This document shows, one piece after another, positions 1 through 14,218 of a DNA stretch of 64,000 bases. Positions within the stretch are counted from its first letter, which is position 1, and the number at the start of each line of letters is the position of its first letter. The stretch spans positions 6,882,001 to 6,946,000 of the forward strand of contig CM120641.1 of NCBI GenBank assembly GCA_051362555.1, read 5' to 3'. The position numbers and the translations under genes are program-made. The stretch is from Lingula anatina. Taxonomy: Eukaryota > Animalia > Brachiopoda. Under the pieces are notes generated by a model. That model saw nothing but the letters and a program-made list of their open reading frames with translations. It was not told the origin of the DNA and ran no database searches.

Positions 1-26
1 CTTATTTCTAAAGATCTGTTATTTAC

Positions 27-3000
27 CAGTTTTCCAAATGACAAAGTCCAAAAATGTTCATTTCTGAACTCTAAAACCCCATCAAGAGTGGAGGCCTCTC
101 TCAGGCATTTGTCCAGCTGACCAATCACATAGGTGGGGGTGGTCTGCAAACAAGTAAACAATAATATTCAAAGCAAAAACATGAAAAAGAAACCACGAGT
201 TAAATATGATACATACGAAGACAAAATACTAAAGAATGTTCCCCATTCAATATTCCCATGTGTGTCTAGTATTCTGCTCTGTATCAGGCAGGGAGACCAT
301 TAAGGGATTATACAACAGCGCTTCCAAGTGGGGTCGGCCATATTTGATCTGTGGACCAGTTAGTCTGCTGATCATCTGTTCTGAATGCAGTCTTAGTCTC
401 ACCTGTAAAAGGATCATCCCACTGTAAACAGCCATGGGAAACATGGTGCCAAACGTCATCACTGAGATACACATAGCTGCCCAGGTGTCTGCAGCTTGGT
501 AATTACTAAGGAGAACAAAATATAACCCTGCACATTAAGTTTATCTGGGTCCAGTTTCACCAACACTGGATAGGACCATCCTATGGATAACACTATACAT
601 TGCATAAAATTGTTGTCCTCTAGACAGATACCCTGTTAATACTATTCCCAGGATAACTGTCTTATAAAATTGCTTAGCTGACTTTGGATGTTTAACTTTT
701 TGATTAAATAAATTACAATTCTTGAAAGTTCACAACTGAAAATTTTAGTCTTACTTAACCAGTCTTAGTCTGATTTGAACCAAACAAATCTGTAATGTGC
801 CAATTGAATGAAATATTGTTGTGCTAATTGAATGAAATATTGTTGCTGCTTCATAAGAAGAAACATGTGGCTACAGTTTTAATTCGCCAGCTTCTCTATT
901 AATGCAGATTTATTTTAAATTGAAGCAGACCAAAATTTTAACCAAAAACTTGAGACTTACTTTCTGTCTACAGTGTTATTGTGAAACTGACCACAGAAGA
1001 TATATTACTAGTACAAGTATCTCACTTACTACATGTCTATGAGAACATAGGTGACAAAGAGAGCTGTGGCCCCAGCAAATGCTATCAGAGCGAAGGGGTT
1101 GATTCTAGGTAGCAACAGCCTGCTTAGTCCAGGGACCACCTTACAGAATCTGAAAAACGAATTGAAATGAATCATTCAACCCAGGTTCCTCTCCACATGT
1201 CGCCACTCTTGAAGAAAGCTTATTTTTCACATTTTGACCTCAATTATAAAATAAAGATGCAAAATAGGTCATTTTGTCAATTTTGATGCAATAATAAATA
1301 ATGCTTATAATAGCACTGTCAGTCAACACTGAATTTTAATCATGCACAACAGGTAAAATGGTCAATAACATGAGCGGACCCAGAGATATTTTCTGACAGT
1401 ATTCCAAAGTATCTATTTTGATCCATCCTCCATTTTGATGGTCTTCCAACAGAAAAAAAAATAGATACCAGGCAATATAAACTTAATAACCTGACTGTCT
1501 TCCGGAAGTCCCAGAAGATGGTCTCAATCTACCCTTTCAATAAGATTACAGTTTCAGGACCATGAGAGTTCAAATTCACATGATGTAAGTCTCAATATTT
1601 GAAAAATGATGACAGTGCATAAAATAATATTACATAAGTAACATAATGTTTAAAGACATAAAAACAATACAACTGCTTATGTGGAAAAACAGAAATGTCA
1701 GAGTCTCAGGCGGATGAGAGTTGTCACAAATGCAAGTGTTTGAGAAAAAATTATAAAGGAAAACAACAAAACTAGAAAAGCACTCCGAGAGTGCAGACCT
1801 CTGCCAAGGTAGCAATTGTTGATTATTATTGATTTTTGTCCTCTTTGGCCCACTTCTGACAGTTCCTGAAAATTTCAGCAAAATCGGTCCATAACTTTTT
1901 GAGTTATGTTGATGACAAACAGGGGTGAAAATATAACCTCCTTGGCAGAGGTAAATATAATTCCAATGAAGCTGCTATTCAAACTTTTAATCTTTCAGTT
2001 TGATATATATATATATATATATATATAAAACTTATTTGCAATATTAAACAAAATTTACCTGCATAATTATCACTGCTTCCTTATTATTAATCTAGCAGAG
2101 AGCTTAACCTATGGGAGTTTACAGGGAAATATCAACAAGTGTGCTTTATGTAATCTCAAATCACAAGTGTGCTTTATGTAGCCTATCAATTAGGCAAATT
2201 ACTTTATAACTGAAATTAGCGAAGTGATACCCAAGGGAAATTTATAGACTGACCCTCTCAAAGGTCTTTCAGGCCCATAAGTCACAACTTAAGAAGAGCA
2301 CAAAACAATAATGCACAAAATAGGAGACTACCACTTCTGATGCAATAATACATTATGTTTAACTGTACAGTCAACATCAAATTTTAATTTTGCACAACAG
2401 GTAACACCGATGAGAGTAAAAGCATAAGGCTTCAGGCCCATCAGAGTTCAAGTTTATACTTAAAAAGTGCCAGAATGAGAAAAATGAAATTTCACACAAA
2501 ATTGCATTAAATTCAATAATAAATGATAACCCAATTGACCTGGCTTTCTAATTTGAACTGCATGCCAATCCTAAAAATCATACTCTTAAAGGGATAATAA
2601 CTCTTCGTTTCGGCCAAAAAATGAATTTTCCTGGAGTAAACAACAATTTTCCCATACTTACCAATGGTTAATGAATCCATTTTTACATTCAAAGTTAGTC
2701 CCTGGTTTTTTTCTAAAAAGTTTGCTTTTTTGTTAAAATCTCTTAAGAGATTTTAACAGAGTATAGCCATCAATGGAGGTCACGTGGTCTAAAGACAAGC
2801 TCAGATATCAGAAAAAATAGCTATAACTGCCGTTTTTGTGGTAAAACAGAATATATTATATTTCTATGAGTTATTCACAATGTTTTCATTGTGAAATATA
2901 GATCTCATACGAAGAGTTATTATCCCTTTAAGTTAAATATAATAATAAATAACACAGTTTTCTTTTCATGTTTGCAGTAGCAGTGCAAAAAGATTATTGT

Positions 3001-6000
3001 CAATTTTGATGTAACATTACATAATAAATTATAGAATAATTATCACCAATTTTTGATTATTGACTATAAATAGCATGAACATGTAGAAAATTTGATTACC
3101 ATCCGGCTTCATGTCCATGGGAGCTCCGAGTCCCACAATGAATATGCCAAAAAGATAATGAATATTTCACTAAAATGAATAACTTCCAGAAAAAGAAGCC
3201 CATTAGACTGCTTTTCCAACTTGGGCTGCATTTTAGTCCTGTGTTTCTTTTTTGAAAGTTTGACAATCATAACGAACACGGTTTTCCCATCATGGTCATC
3301 ATGGCAGATGTGGATGATTGAATCTGACAAACTGCAATGATATGAGTTTATTTCCGTTTTGGACACTTGATTACACAATACATGATAACAAGTTTACCAT
3401 CATTTTTACATAATCAACTAACAATGTTGTAAAGATGCAGGAAATATCAAACACACACTTTTACGTATCTTATTAGTTCAATAATGAGACTGTTAACATG
3501 CCTAAGAATTGAATCTGAGGAAATTTGAAAAAACAGTACAACTTCTAAAATAATGGCCCGATAACACTGATTTTCGAACTCAACCTGCATTTTTGTAAGA
3601 TTGACCACTCCTGTGAGTATAATGACAATTGGCTAAGCTGTTTTTCTTATATTGTGTTATTAATGTTGCATATATGTTGAAAAAAGTGAAAAAACAGCAT
3701 AAAAAAATTAAAAGAAAATGTAAAATAAAACATAACAAAAAATACCAATAAAGCTGCTATTCAAACTTTTAATCTAGCTGTACAATTACTAACATGATAT
3801 GAATAACCCTATTGAGTTTGAGAATAATAAGGCACTGTTATTCATCTTTAGCATTAATGTAAGCGTTACACAAATTTTTTTTTGTAAACTTATTTTCCAT
3901 ATTAAATAACATTTACCTGCATAATAATCATCGATTCCTAATTATGTGACACAGTTAAGAAAGCTAAACCGATGGGACTTTACAATGAAATCTCAATGTG
4001 TGTTTATGTAATCTCATTTAATACCCACTTGAAAATTAATTAAGCAAATTATTTTATAACCCTGAAATAACTTGAAAATCAATTAAGCAAATTATTTTAT
4101 AACCCTGAATTAACTCCCTACTATCCATATACATTTATTGCACCAAATAGCACTGTACTGCATTGCTTTCAAAACAGAAAACAATTACGATGGTTTTCCA
4201 ACACAAGCTGCACTTCACTCTTTTCAGTAAGGTTGATTATCATAAGTAACATGGTTTTCCCTTAATCGCTATCCTGGCAGCAGTGTCCAAAATAGGGTTT
4301 TCTTTAACTTTCATGCAATATAACATAATACTTAACAGCATAATGACCATCAAATTTTTTATAAAAAAATAAAAGTATCATGGATATTCAGAAAATGTGA
4401 TATGGAAAGGTCTCCAAGGACATGGAAGTTAGGGTCACACTTTCAAAATGCCAAAATGTTAACAAGAGATAACTGTACTGAAATGATTTTCTTTCCATTT
4501 TCAACACCTTTTTTACATAAAACCATCATCAATTAACTGTCATTTTTAAATGATCAACTAGGAAAATTGTTGACATAGGAAAAATATCAATAGAACAATT
4601 TATAATGTCCAATTAGCTCCATTTGGAGATTCTGAACATAGTGAATGATTGAATCTGACGAACTGCAATGATGAGTTCCTTTCCATTTTTGATACTTTAT
4701 TACACAATGCAGGATAATAGGTTTACCGTCATTTTTATATAATCAACTAACAATATTGTTAAGAAGCAGAAAATGTTAAAACAACACTTTAACATATCCA
4801 ATTAGTACCGTTATGAGACTGTTAACATGCTTAAGAATTAAATCTGAAGAAAAACCACTTATATACAAAAAGGCTAATAACTTCATCAAAACTTAACTGA
4901 TCAAGCTTATTTTCAAACTTGATCTGTATACTGGTCAGATTGATCACTCCTGTGAGTTGCAAGACAAAAGGCTGATTGGTTTTCCTTAAAATGCGTTATC
5001 AGTGTTGCATGTATGCTGAATAAAGGGAAAAAAACAGCATTACTTTTGTAAAAATAGTCCAATCATGCCAATTTTCAAACTTGACCTGCGTATAATAAAT
5101 ATTCACCAGTTCTGTAAATTTCAATCCAAGGAAAGGAAAAACATTTTTACACTTATCATGTTATCGGTGTTATAAAAGTGCTGAAAAAATTGAAAAAAAA
5201 AAAAAAAAAAAAAAAAAAACAGGATAACTTCCATAAAAATTGCCCGATCTTGCTGATTTTCGAACTTGACCTGCGTATTATGAATATTCATCAGTTTTGT
5301 AAGTTTCAAGTCAAAAGGTAAAATGGTTTTCCACTTATCGTGTTATCAGTGCTGCATATATGCTGAAAAAAGTGAAAAAACAGCATAAATTCCCTAAAAG
5401 TGACCCGATCATGCTGATTTTCGAACTTGACCTGCGTATTATGAATATTCATCAGTTCTGTAAGTTTCATACCAAAAGAAAAAACAGTTTTCCATTTATC
5501 GTGTTATCGGTAAAAGTGCACGGCGACGGCGACGGCGACGACGGCGACGGCGACGACAGACGCAGATGATGGCTATATGTACAGACACATCTGTGTCTGT
5601 ACATAAAAAATGACTTATGCTCTAATAACGTTTTCTTTTTGTAAACAGTATCAACCTCAGAGCAGTCCTGCTTGGCCTGTGCAGCACTACTACGTACATG
5701 TAATTAAAGCAACCGCAGCTGCTGCTTCATTGTCTTAAAATAAATTTGTTTGTCTATATACACTGCACTGTGGTTACTGAAGAATCTGCATGTTGGGTAT
5801 GACTGGTGGTGAGAGAACAAACTCACCCTTCACTGATGTCAGCTACATGTTCCTGAAGCCAACTAGAACTGGAAGCCTCCACAACATGGTTGAATGCCTT
5901 GTTTTCAACACTGTATGTCATGAAGATGTGAACCAAGAAAGCTACCAAGGCTCCTAGTAATAGCCTGCCTCTAAAAAAATCAACAATTTAAAATATTTTC

Positions 6001-9000
6001 ACACAAGTTATTGAAATAATCAGGTACCATAATACTTGCTCATGCTTATATATATATATATGCTTATATATATAAAGTTAACAGTGCTGAATATAAAACA
6101 AAAAACGTGCACACAATATGCTTCAGAGAGAGAGAGAGAGACAGACGGAGACAGATGGAGGGAGGCAGGTAGACAGGCTTGGGTCCTGGCATATAACTAA
6201 TTATACAGTTAACCTAACCAATGCATACTTACTCATGAACATCTGGTTGCTGTATCATTCTTTCCACACTGAAACAATATGTATTGTGCAATAAATGTAC
6301 CCAGATGATGAAAATGACATTCATGATTGTCAGTGTCTTGTTTCTTTACACAAATATGAAGACAACTTTAACACAAAATTATCAAACTTTTTTTAACAAC
6401 CTGACACTTTTTGCTGTCAAACTGCTTATAAATAAATCATATTCACACCTTTTTTTGCAATATGTTTTGCAAAACAGTGTTACTTGTAAAAATAAGATCC
6501 TTACCTTTCTTTAATGATAAAGAAGGACCCTAGTTGTGCCAACATTGTACTTGAGAACACAGCTAACACCTCAAAACGCTCATATCTGAAACACATAATA
6601 CAGTCATTCATTTTTCTTTTACTGAAATTCTGCATCCTGACATGCTCTCTCAAACGTTTTCTTCCTATATCCTCTGTGCTGTTCCTTATACTAAATTACA
6701 AATTTGATCCAAAAATCACATTTCATAAAATAACATGGGCAACTGACCTATGATCCTGGTAAATTTGGAATTCAAAGAACGCTTTACCTAGCATTAAGTA
6801 CCAGCTAACATATTTTCATTATAGCTTAATTCCCTTCTACTCTACATGTTGCATCTGAGGAAAACAAAGGCACTGAGCCAGTTACAGCTTTGCTAAACAG
6901 ACCCAGAGTGATAAAGACTGGTCCACAGGAGAGCATATATACATACCCAAAGGAAAAAACAGAAGATGGACCCTGTTTCTGAACCCAAAGGGTTATCAGT
7001 GCGGTCAGCAACCTAAAAATGAACAATCCCATCATAAAATTGGTTCCTAATATTGTCAACATACAACTGTATTGATACAATATACAATGCAAAACAACAA
7101 CATGAAACAGTAGACTATGGCTGTGATACAACATGCTTAGTTTTTTTTGTTTCAGGATCAGGACATGTTGCACTTTAAATATCTGTATCCTTTCAGCAAA
7201 ATCACTCTTCTATATCCACACTTACCTCAGCAAATCAAATATTGCCAGATATGAGTAAGCTGTCAGTGCTGAAAAAGACAGTATGAAATTGAAATATGAA
7301 TTTTAGCAAGAGGCCTTTAACAGTATTTATTGTGATTTGGGAAATGTTAGAGATGAAATGTCAAAGAGAAAATTCCAATGCATTATTTTCACTGATACTT
7401 TGGGCACAATTACTAGTGCATCCTGTTTTATTCATATATTCTAGAACTCAAAGTAACATTCATTTCAGCTCTAAAGTTTTATTTATAAGTAAATGTTTTT
7501 TTCCTAATCTAAAAAGCTATTCTTACCCATGCTGTTTGTTGAGTGACACCAAAGAAGTAAAATGAAAACACAAACAATATTAACTGCTGCATAGGCAATG
7601 ATCCTCCTTGCCTGAAATAAATCAAATAATTCTTTTATTATAACTGCACTGGACCCTTCAGGATTCTTCTGGTATATACCAGTTAATCTTGAAATACTTT
7701 TGTTACATCACATATACATGTGTGCATTATTATATTTGGTAAGCCAGTATTACATGTACAACCATGCTGAGATTGCCACACTTTATTTATCACTATTAAG
7801 CTATACTGTTATTAACCAACCTTGGGCTCTGCCATAAGAAAATCCATTTCCTTGGCAACCATTTTCAAAAATGAATTTCTACTGCTGTTGTGAGGTCCAA
7901 ATGGATGAATAGTTCCCTAAGACATAACCAGAGGAATGATAAAAATAGTTTCTAACATTTCATCAGAATTTTGTATACTTCATCAGAATTGCTATGTAAT
8001 GAATTAAACATGAATTATTTGTCTTACCAAATCATTTATGAAATATTGCATTTCAGATATATACAGACTTGAAAATAAAGATTTAAATGTCAGTTTTAAA
8101 ACAAAATGATTCAAACAAAATATTGTTACACTGCTAATTATTTTGAAAACATTTTATTACACAGCTTTAACAATAACTTTCTTCTCTCCATGTACCCCCT
8201 TTTCTCTATTTTATATGAATTTTTAAAATACTGCAGTGCTGAGAACATGAACATATTAATGTGGACTTCATTTTACTTCTGGGTAGACATGGAAAGGGTT
8301 GAGTCACCTTTCCTTTTTCTTTTCAGGGGAAACTAGCTCCACTGATATGCATTGTTGCTTTCTTTTAAATTCTACAACAATTTATAGATTAGGCCACACT
8401 TTTTTATTTTTATGGATGACATCCTCTGGGTACCCCAAAATCGGTGCGAGAGGGCGAAAAAAAAAAAAAAAAAAAACAGTCCAAAAAAAAAAAAAACTGC
8501 TTAAGTAAAGGAATGCTGTCAGTACACAGCTGGAAACACAAATTTAACCACATAAACACGTATCAAACTAACAATATGTCTTTATCCATGCTCTCAAAAT
8601 ATTAAAGCATTGTCAATACTTCGTAGAAATGTAAAAAAAAAGTCATGAATTGATATACTTCATATTACCAAATCTATTTAAGGTTATTTCATGCATTCAT
8701 TTGGTATAGCAATCAATAAAACAAATATCAATCAAACAGTGCGTCTTTATTTGTATTCTCAGAATATTAAAACATTTTGAACACTTCACAGAAATGTTTA
8801 AAAAATGATGCAAAGATATGCTTAATACTACCAAATCTATTAAAGGTCATTTCAGACGATGCCATTTTGTCAACTTCAACTCACACGAAGCAGCTAAACT
8901 GTCAGGTGGCCTGTCCGACCTTCAGCCACCAAATACCTCGACGCCCTTGTCGACCCTTTTTTCACTACAGAAAACCTGGTATTAATGTGCTGCTTTATAC

Positions 9001-9504
9001 AGAATGTCACAGAAATGTTTCGGCCGCCTCCAGCCTTTCGCACAATTGTAAAAAGGTGATATCTCCATGCCCAATATCAATGGCATACCAATCCAAAACG
9101 ATGGCGCCCGTTCTCTTGATGACTTTTATTGTTGTGTAATTTGAAAGTAATCCTAGAGATGAATTTGACAGCAAAGTGGCCGCATTTCCACGTGGCGAAA
9201 ATACGCATGCGCAGAAAGCTCATTTCCTTAACAACGTTTGCGACAACCGACTTCGTTGGGGGCTGGGGGGGGGGGGGGGGGCTTTTTTTTTTTTTTTTTT
9301 TTTTTTGGAGAACGGGCGAAAATCCGTGCGCGCGCAGGATGTCATCCATAAAATTAAAAAAGTGTGGCCTTACATTCAAAGCTGAATCTAATTATAAGTC
9401 AGAGCAAATTCCTAGAGATTAAAACACCATATAGAAAGTTGACAGTTTGTACCACTCACCAGGGCAACACTACCACCCAAACCAGCAGTGTGTTTTCCAT
9501 TCAT
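27..9504 (-). CDS. SLC30A6: Zinc transporter 6 (ZnT6, CDF family), 5' part; 3' exons lie beyond the left edge
   Basis: GT-AG bounded coding exons 9460-9504 (MNGKHTAGLGGSVAL), 7821-7916 (GTIHPF...), 7527-7611 (LLWCHSTNSM), 7226-7268 (ALTAYSYLAIFDL), 6947-7012, 6505-6585 (YERFEVLAVFSSTMLAQLG), 6233-6268, 5827-5970 (SWLQEHVAD), 1030-1149, 403-505 (TFGTMFPMAVYSGMILLQ), 27-143 (TTPTYVIGQLDK...NEHFWTL). Phases are consistent and the peptides match remembered vertebrate ZnT6. Confidence 0.95.
545..996. mobile_element. Degenerate MITE in an SLC30A6 intron
   Basis: Imperfect terminal inverted repeats ctgggtccagtttcac ... gtgaaactgaccacag; no clear TSD. Confidence 0.4.
1769..1953 (+). mobile_element. 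Short non-autonomous Helentron-type element (HINE-like)
   Basis: Starts AACTAGAAAAGCACTCCGAGAGTGC (short palindrome), has a subterminal inverted repeat ACCTCTGCCAAGG / CCTTGGCAGAGGT, and sits in an A/T context without a TSD. Confidence 0.6.
2590..2927. mobile_element. MITE with TTAA TSD (Kolobok-like), copy 1
   Basis: TIR AGGGATAATAACTCTTCGT at both ends, flanked by TTAA (2586-2589, 2928-2931); internal palindrome tgttaaaatctcttaagagattttaaca; near-identical inverted copy at 49558-49887. Confidence 0.85.
3300..5610 (+). repeat. Degenerate tandem repeat array ending in a Helentron/HINE-like 3' end
   Basis: Recurrent motif (tttcg)aacttgacctgcgtattatgaatattcatcagtt at about 5078, 5263 and 5424, with more diverged copies upstream. 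It is followed by a GACGGC microsatellite (5521-5557), a hairpin tatgtacagacaca-tc-tgtgtctgtacata (5576-5605) and an A-run. The left boundary is uncertain. Confidence 0.6.
8392..9369. mobile_element. PIF/Harbinger-like non-autonomous DNA transposon, copy 1
   Basis: TIR GGCCACACTTTTT(T/A)ATTTTATGGATGACATCCT, TTA on both flanks (8389-8391, 9370-9372); second copy inverted at 60253-61318. Confidence 0.85.
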
Positions 9505-11391
9505 AGCTGTGTCTACAAGTGAATCCAAAACACCACAAGTTAAAATAACTAAATTAAACTAAAAATAGGCAAAGGAAAGCAGCTCAATATACCACACCAA
9601 GTGTAAAAAGTAAAAATAATAGATCAGACTTAATCTAAGAAGTCCTCAAATATAAGTGCGTGATGGGTATCAAATGTAACATTTATGTTACCCCCCCTTT
9701 TTTTTTGGGGGGGGGGGATTTAAAGATAAATCTTTTCAATCTGCGGTCTTAAATATTCACAATTTTAATTCCATTCAAACTGTAACACAAACCAATAATA
9801 ATAATATTCATCAAATTTGGTTTCTGAGTAGTTACAAGTTGGTTAGGAATGAGCGATGGGAGATGAATAAAATACAAGCAAAATGTTTGGGTGAGTAAAC
9901 TACTGTCTTCCATAATCTTATATTTTGTACTAAGAAAATTGTTAAAAATTCACAGTAAAGTATATTAACTGATTAAATACATGTGCAACCACACTTGTAA
10001 TACAAATGTCTATGCTGAAAGCATGGGATGACCATTGCTCCCTTAATAAGCTCATTTAAGAATCTATTTCCTTTAACAAATGAATTGGACAACTTCAGAC
10101 TAATGCAAAGGCTAAACTGAAGTAATGGAAAATTTGTTTAAAAAAGTTTATATAAATTTTTTCAGTCACAAAAAGTTACCCCTGATCGAAACCTACTAAC
10201 CTACCAGGTAAAACAAACCCAGAATTAGTAGTCGTAATCACAGGTAATGGGCTGATTGCATTAAAAAAAATTTGGAGGTATAAATGATTGGTTTAGGGGC
10301 GTGGAAAATGTAACAATGGCATGAGTGATTTTAAAAATCTTAAAATTTTTTTTTGTTCTTATGATGCTCAGCAGGCCGCCTGAGAACAGTAATTAATTCA
10401 CCATGGACAGCAAATTGGTACTGAAGCAGCAGCTCCCCCCCCCCAAAAAAAAAGTTACAATTCTTATTTTAAACTTTTTTTCTAAATTCAGTTATGTAAT
10501 GTAAATATCAAGTCCATTCAAATTAATGAGGGCTGGAGGCAATATAAGGGTGAACATCGAATATAGTTAATAATATTCAAAACTAATTTATTTGAAAAGC
10601 AGGGCCACTGATCAAAGAACGTCACCACAATGACAACTGAATATTAAAAACCATAGCCTAGGAAATCTAAGACTTGCATTTGGAAGTATTATTGAGTTAA
10701 ATAACGTAGTGCATTGTTTGGCTAGTTTCCTGCGGTACGTTTAAAGCAATAAAATGGCATCGTACCGATTTTAGTAGACAACCTGACTGTAATTGAAAAC
10801 ACAGATACCGTCTACAAATAATACAAAGCCATCACTAAAATTTCCATACGGATATTTCTAAACAAAAAACCAAGATCCGTTACAATTGAATTAGAAATAT
10901 AGGTCGATCTATTACCTACCCTTATTTACAATACCTGCTGTTTGAAATGTTTTAAGAGTACATATTTTAAATCCTTCTACAGTATGATGAGACGTGGACC
11001 CGAATAAAAAATACCGGAAGAATAGACCTACTTATTGAAAGCGAGGCCTTATCAAGACAATCCCCAGTCCATTTGCCAAACCGATTTTCGATGGGTTAAT
11101 GATTCCGATATCCACTTTATAAAGCGACTTAATAAAGCATATGGTATTAGAATAACATAATGCAAAATATGTTATCAAAACCTATAACGTATTTTTAAAC
11201 GAATTCAATATTTATTAAAACCTTAGGCCAAACTACCTGCCAATATACGTAGGCTACGGCTACAGTTTAACGTTATGTTAGGCAGACTGTCGAATTAAAC
11301 CTGGCACAGATGAAATTTTTTGATTTTCTAAATAATAGTATAGATATGAACATGTAGCCAGCGTAGCTGTATATGACCGATTTCGACTAAC

Positions 11392-11460
11392 CTTTTGCAG
11401 GGAACTGAACAGATCGTTTCAGCTGCCGTCTTACGCGGTTTTTTAATTAGTGGACTGAAC
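11392..11460 (-). promoter_or_regulatory. Probable non-coding first exon / promoter region of SLC30A6
   Basis: The ATG exon (9460-9512) has an upstream splice acceptor, so a 5' UTR exon is needed. A minus-strand donor AAG|GTTAG at about 11391 lies in a locally CpG-richer stretch. Boundaries are approximate. Confidence 0.4.
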
Positions 11461-11776
11461 GTCTATCTTCAGTTGAGAATCAATGGGCATGGGCAACTTT
11501 TCACTGACTTTTCAGCTGACTTTTGACCAACTAGCCTACACTTGTTATGAAGATCCTATGCCCATTAGGCCCTACATATAAAATCCCTTTTCTTGCTTTT
11601 GTAACTTAAATTTTATTATTACTATTTTTTTCATAATAAGTACGCTCTGTTTGTTATTCACAAAGAAAATGATTTTGGACAAAGGGAGAAAAGTGTGCAA
11701 TTTATACTAGTTATACAAAATCTAGATGAAGCGTACTTTTTCTCTTCAATACAAAATCATTTGCCGTATGCCGTTT

Positions 11777-11958
11777 GGGGGCCGTAGCGATAGTCCGAAG
11801 GTTCAATAGTCCGAAGGTTCATTGGTCCGAATGTTCACTATAGAACCTTCGGACCAATGAACCCTTGATTAAAAAAGTCGATGAAAATGTTAGGCCTACC
11901 ACTTTTCGGACCAATGAACCTTCGGACCAATGAACCTTCGGACTATCGAGACGCCCCC
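11777..11958. mobile_element. About 180-bp palindromic MITE with 15-bp subterminal repeats, copy 1
   Basis: GG...CC termini, repeated (a/g)gtccgaaggttca(a/t)t units inverted at the two ends, TSD tgccgttt (11769-11776 / 11959-11966). Confidence 0.85.
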
Positions 11959-12445
11959 TGCCGTTTGTACAGTATTTCAAAGAAACAACATTTCGTCGCA
12001 CCAGTTTCTAAAAGTTTGGTATATTCTCTAAAAAGATGTATTTACTAAACATTTTTAATAATCAAATCTTGATATCAGCAATAAAGCACCACAAAATCAT
12101 TAATTTGTTTGCAAAAGCTTTAAGGCGATGTTAAGATGTTATTTAACAGTGTAGTAGTTTTTCCTGTCTTGAGTTCAGATCGTGATTTTGACAGATTGAT
12201 TTTCGACAGATATTCACAGATATGTCTCTAGATAAATAGACAGTCATTTTGGTCTGATGTCAACAAATTTTGTAATTTTGACATAAACTGGATCCAAACA
12301 GGCGCAAGTAAGATATGGAGATAAGGAGCTATGGACTAGCACTGCCTTTATTAGGGACAATAAGCAGAGGAAGGTGCACACCGACCTATTAATTTTGTAA
12401 TTGAAAATAGTAATGACGAAGGCCACAAATCCATATAGTCGGGAG

Positions 12446-12619
12446 GAGGGCGTCTCGATAGTCCGAAGGTTCATTGGTCCGAAGGTTCATTGGTCCGAAA
12501 AGTGGTAACATTTTCATCGATTTTTTAATCATGGGTTCATTGGTCTGAAGTTTCTATAGTGAACATTCGGACCAATGAACCTTCGGACTATTGAACCTTC
12601 GGACTATCGCTACGGCCCC
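12446..12619. mobile_element. Same MITE family, copy 2 in opposite orientation
   Basis: Reverse complement of 11777-11958 with few changes; it has its own TSD gtcgggag on both flanks. Confidence 0.85.
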
Positions 12620-14218
12620 GTCGGGAGCTCTATTTCACCTCAATAGTATGGCGATTTATTTTTATTTTATCAACTTGACGCTTAGGCCCAATTTACGTTA
12701 GCACCCACTTACAAATTATCAAGTTTATAGGCCTTTGTTAATATAAAGGAAGCAGTACTTCGGCTATCTTTATATACAGGCAGTGTTAATGTATGTTTAT
12801 ATTCTGTTTGTGTCTGTCCCTGTCGTCATGCTTGTTCACCCCCAAACCGTATCATTTACTTAAAATCTTATTTGGCAAGAAGGCAGATTGAGTCAAATAT
12901 TTTTCAAAACCTGCCCATGAAGATGACGAAAATGTGGTTATTCAATACCATAGTTACAATATCAACCATGGCTGATTACAGATTTTAGAGGTGAATTGTA
13001 GAAAGGCAAAACGTTCAGCCAGCGATAATATATCTTGATCTTTTTTCTTTTTCACGGACAGGTTACAGGCCTGGGGTCGTATCCTGGAAAGGATGTAACT
13101 TACAAATTCTTGTAACTTTTTAAGAGTAACAAATATTTTGAAGAAAATTGTGTGTCCAAAATTACAAACGCGCGTAAATTGCTACAAACTGTTGTAAGTT
13201 ACAAACATTCGATCAGGCGCGTCTTATAATGAGTACCAACATAACACCAAGTTTTGCTGTCTAGAGATCAGTGTAGTGTCCTCTTAAGTACCGACTACTA
13301 ACCCCTACATTTATTTGTATCTTTTTATACCTTCACGTATACAATAGCATTGGCTTTCCAGCCAGGTGGGTTGCCAGAGTGGTCACTTTAATTCAATTAC
13401 ACATATGATAGAGAAGACTTCCAGACTAAGTACTAAATGACTTTTACTAGCAGACAATAGGTTGTAATTAACTAATTGTAACTCTCTTAGCTCCTTTGTT
13501 CTCAGCATGCCACATGATTTGAACTTTACTTGTTCCAATCACTTTGGTAATACCCCTAGTAATATCTATCATCTCCAGTTTATGCAGCAAAGGCTCAAAA
13601 CTATTGTTTTACCATTTTGCATTTGGCTGGAGTTAAACACCCAATGTTAACCTCATTTTTATTAATCCCTCAATAAGCCAAGATATACACAGATATACAA
13701 GCCCTATACATACACATGTGCCAGTGTTCGTTCAATACATGTACGCCTACATTTTTTACAGAACATTTTTCAGACGTCATGATATCAAAATATACCTGTA
13801 CAAAAAATGAAGTGTTAAACAGAGTGGTGAACTATCTGAAATGGTCCCCTGAAAGAAAAAATGGAGAAGGATGAAAATAACAAGAAACTAACTGAACTAC
13901 TGTTTTAACCTTCTGGTGAATATTGTTATGTTATTACAGCTCACACTTGAAAATTGGCCTCATCTGAAACCACTTTCTGTAAAAGCCATATGCTCTTATT
14001 ATTTTTTTTACCAAGCATTTAACTGTATAAATCCATGATAATTAACACAATGGAACCAGTTTTACATAATATTGTGTATCTTACAGGAGCATTTCAAAGA
14101 AACAGCCCAAGTTGAAATATGGTCTGTATTGCACCAATTTTACCAAAGTTATCCTGTTGTCATACATATACAATGTATGTTTCTGCAATTTGAATTTGTG
14201 TGCATAATATGAGATCAC

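Noticed and set aside
8777-9422. Overlapping ORFs of 69-120 aa
   Set aside because: They lie inside a Harbinger-like MITE, and the frames are not conserved in the second copy at 60.3-61.3 kb.
11777-12619. Single 840-bp element with 180-bp TIRs
   Set aside because: Each arm has its own distinct TSD, indicating two separate insertions.
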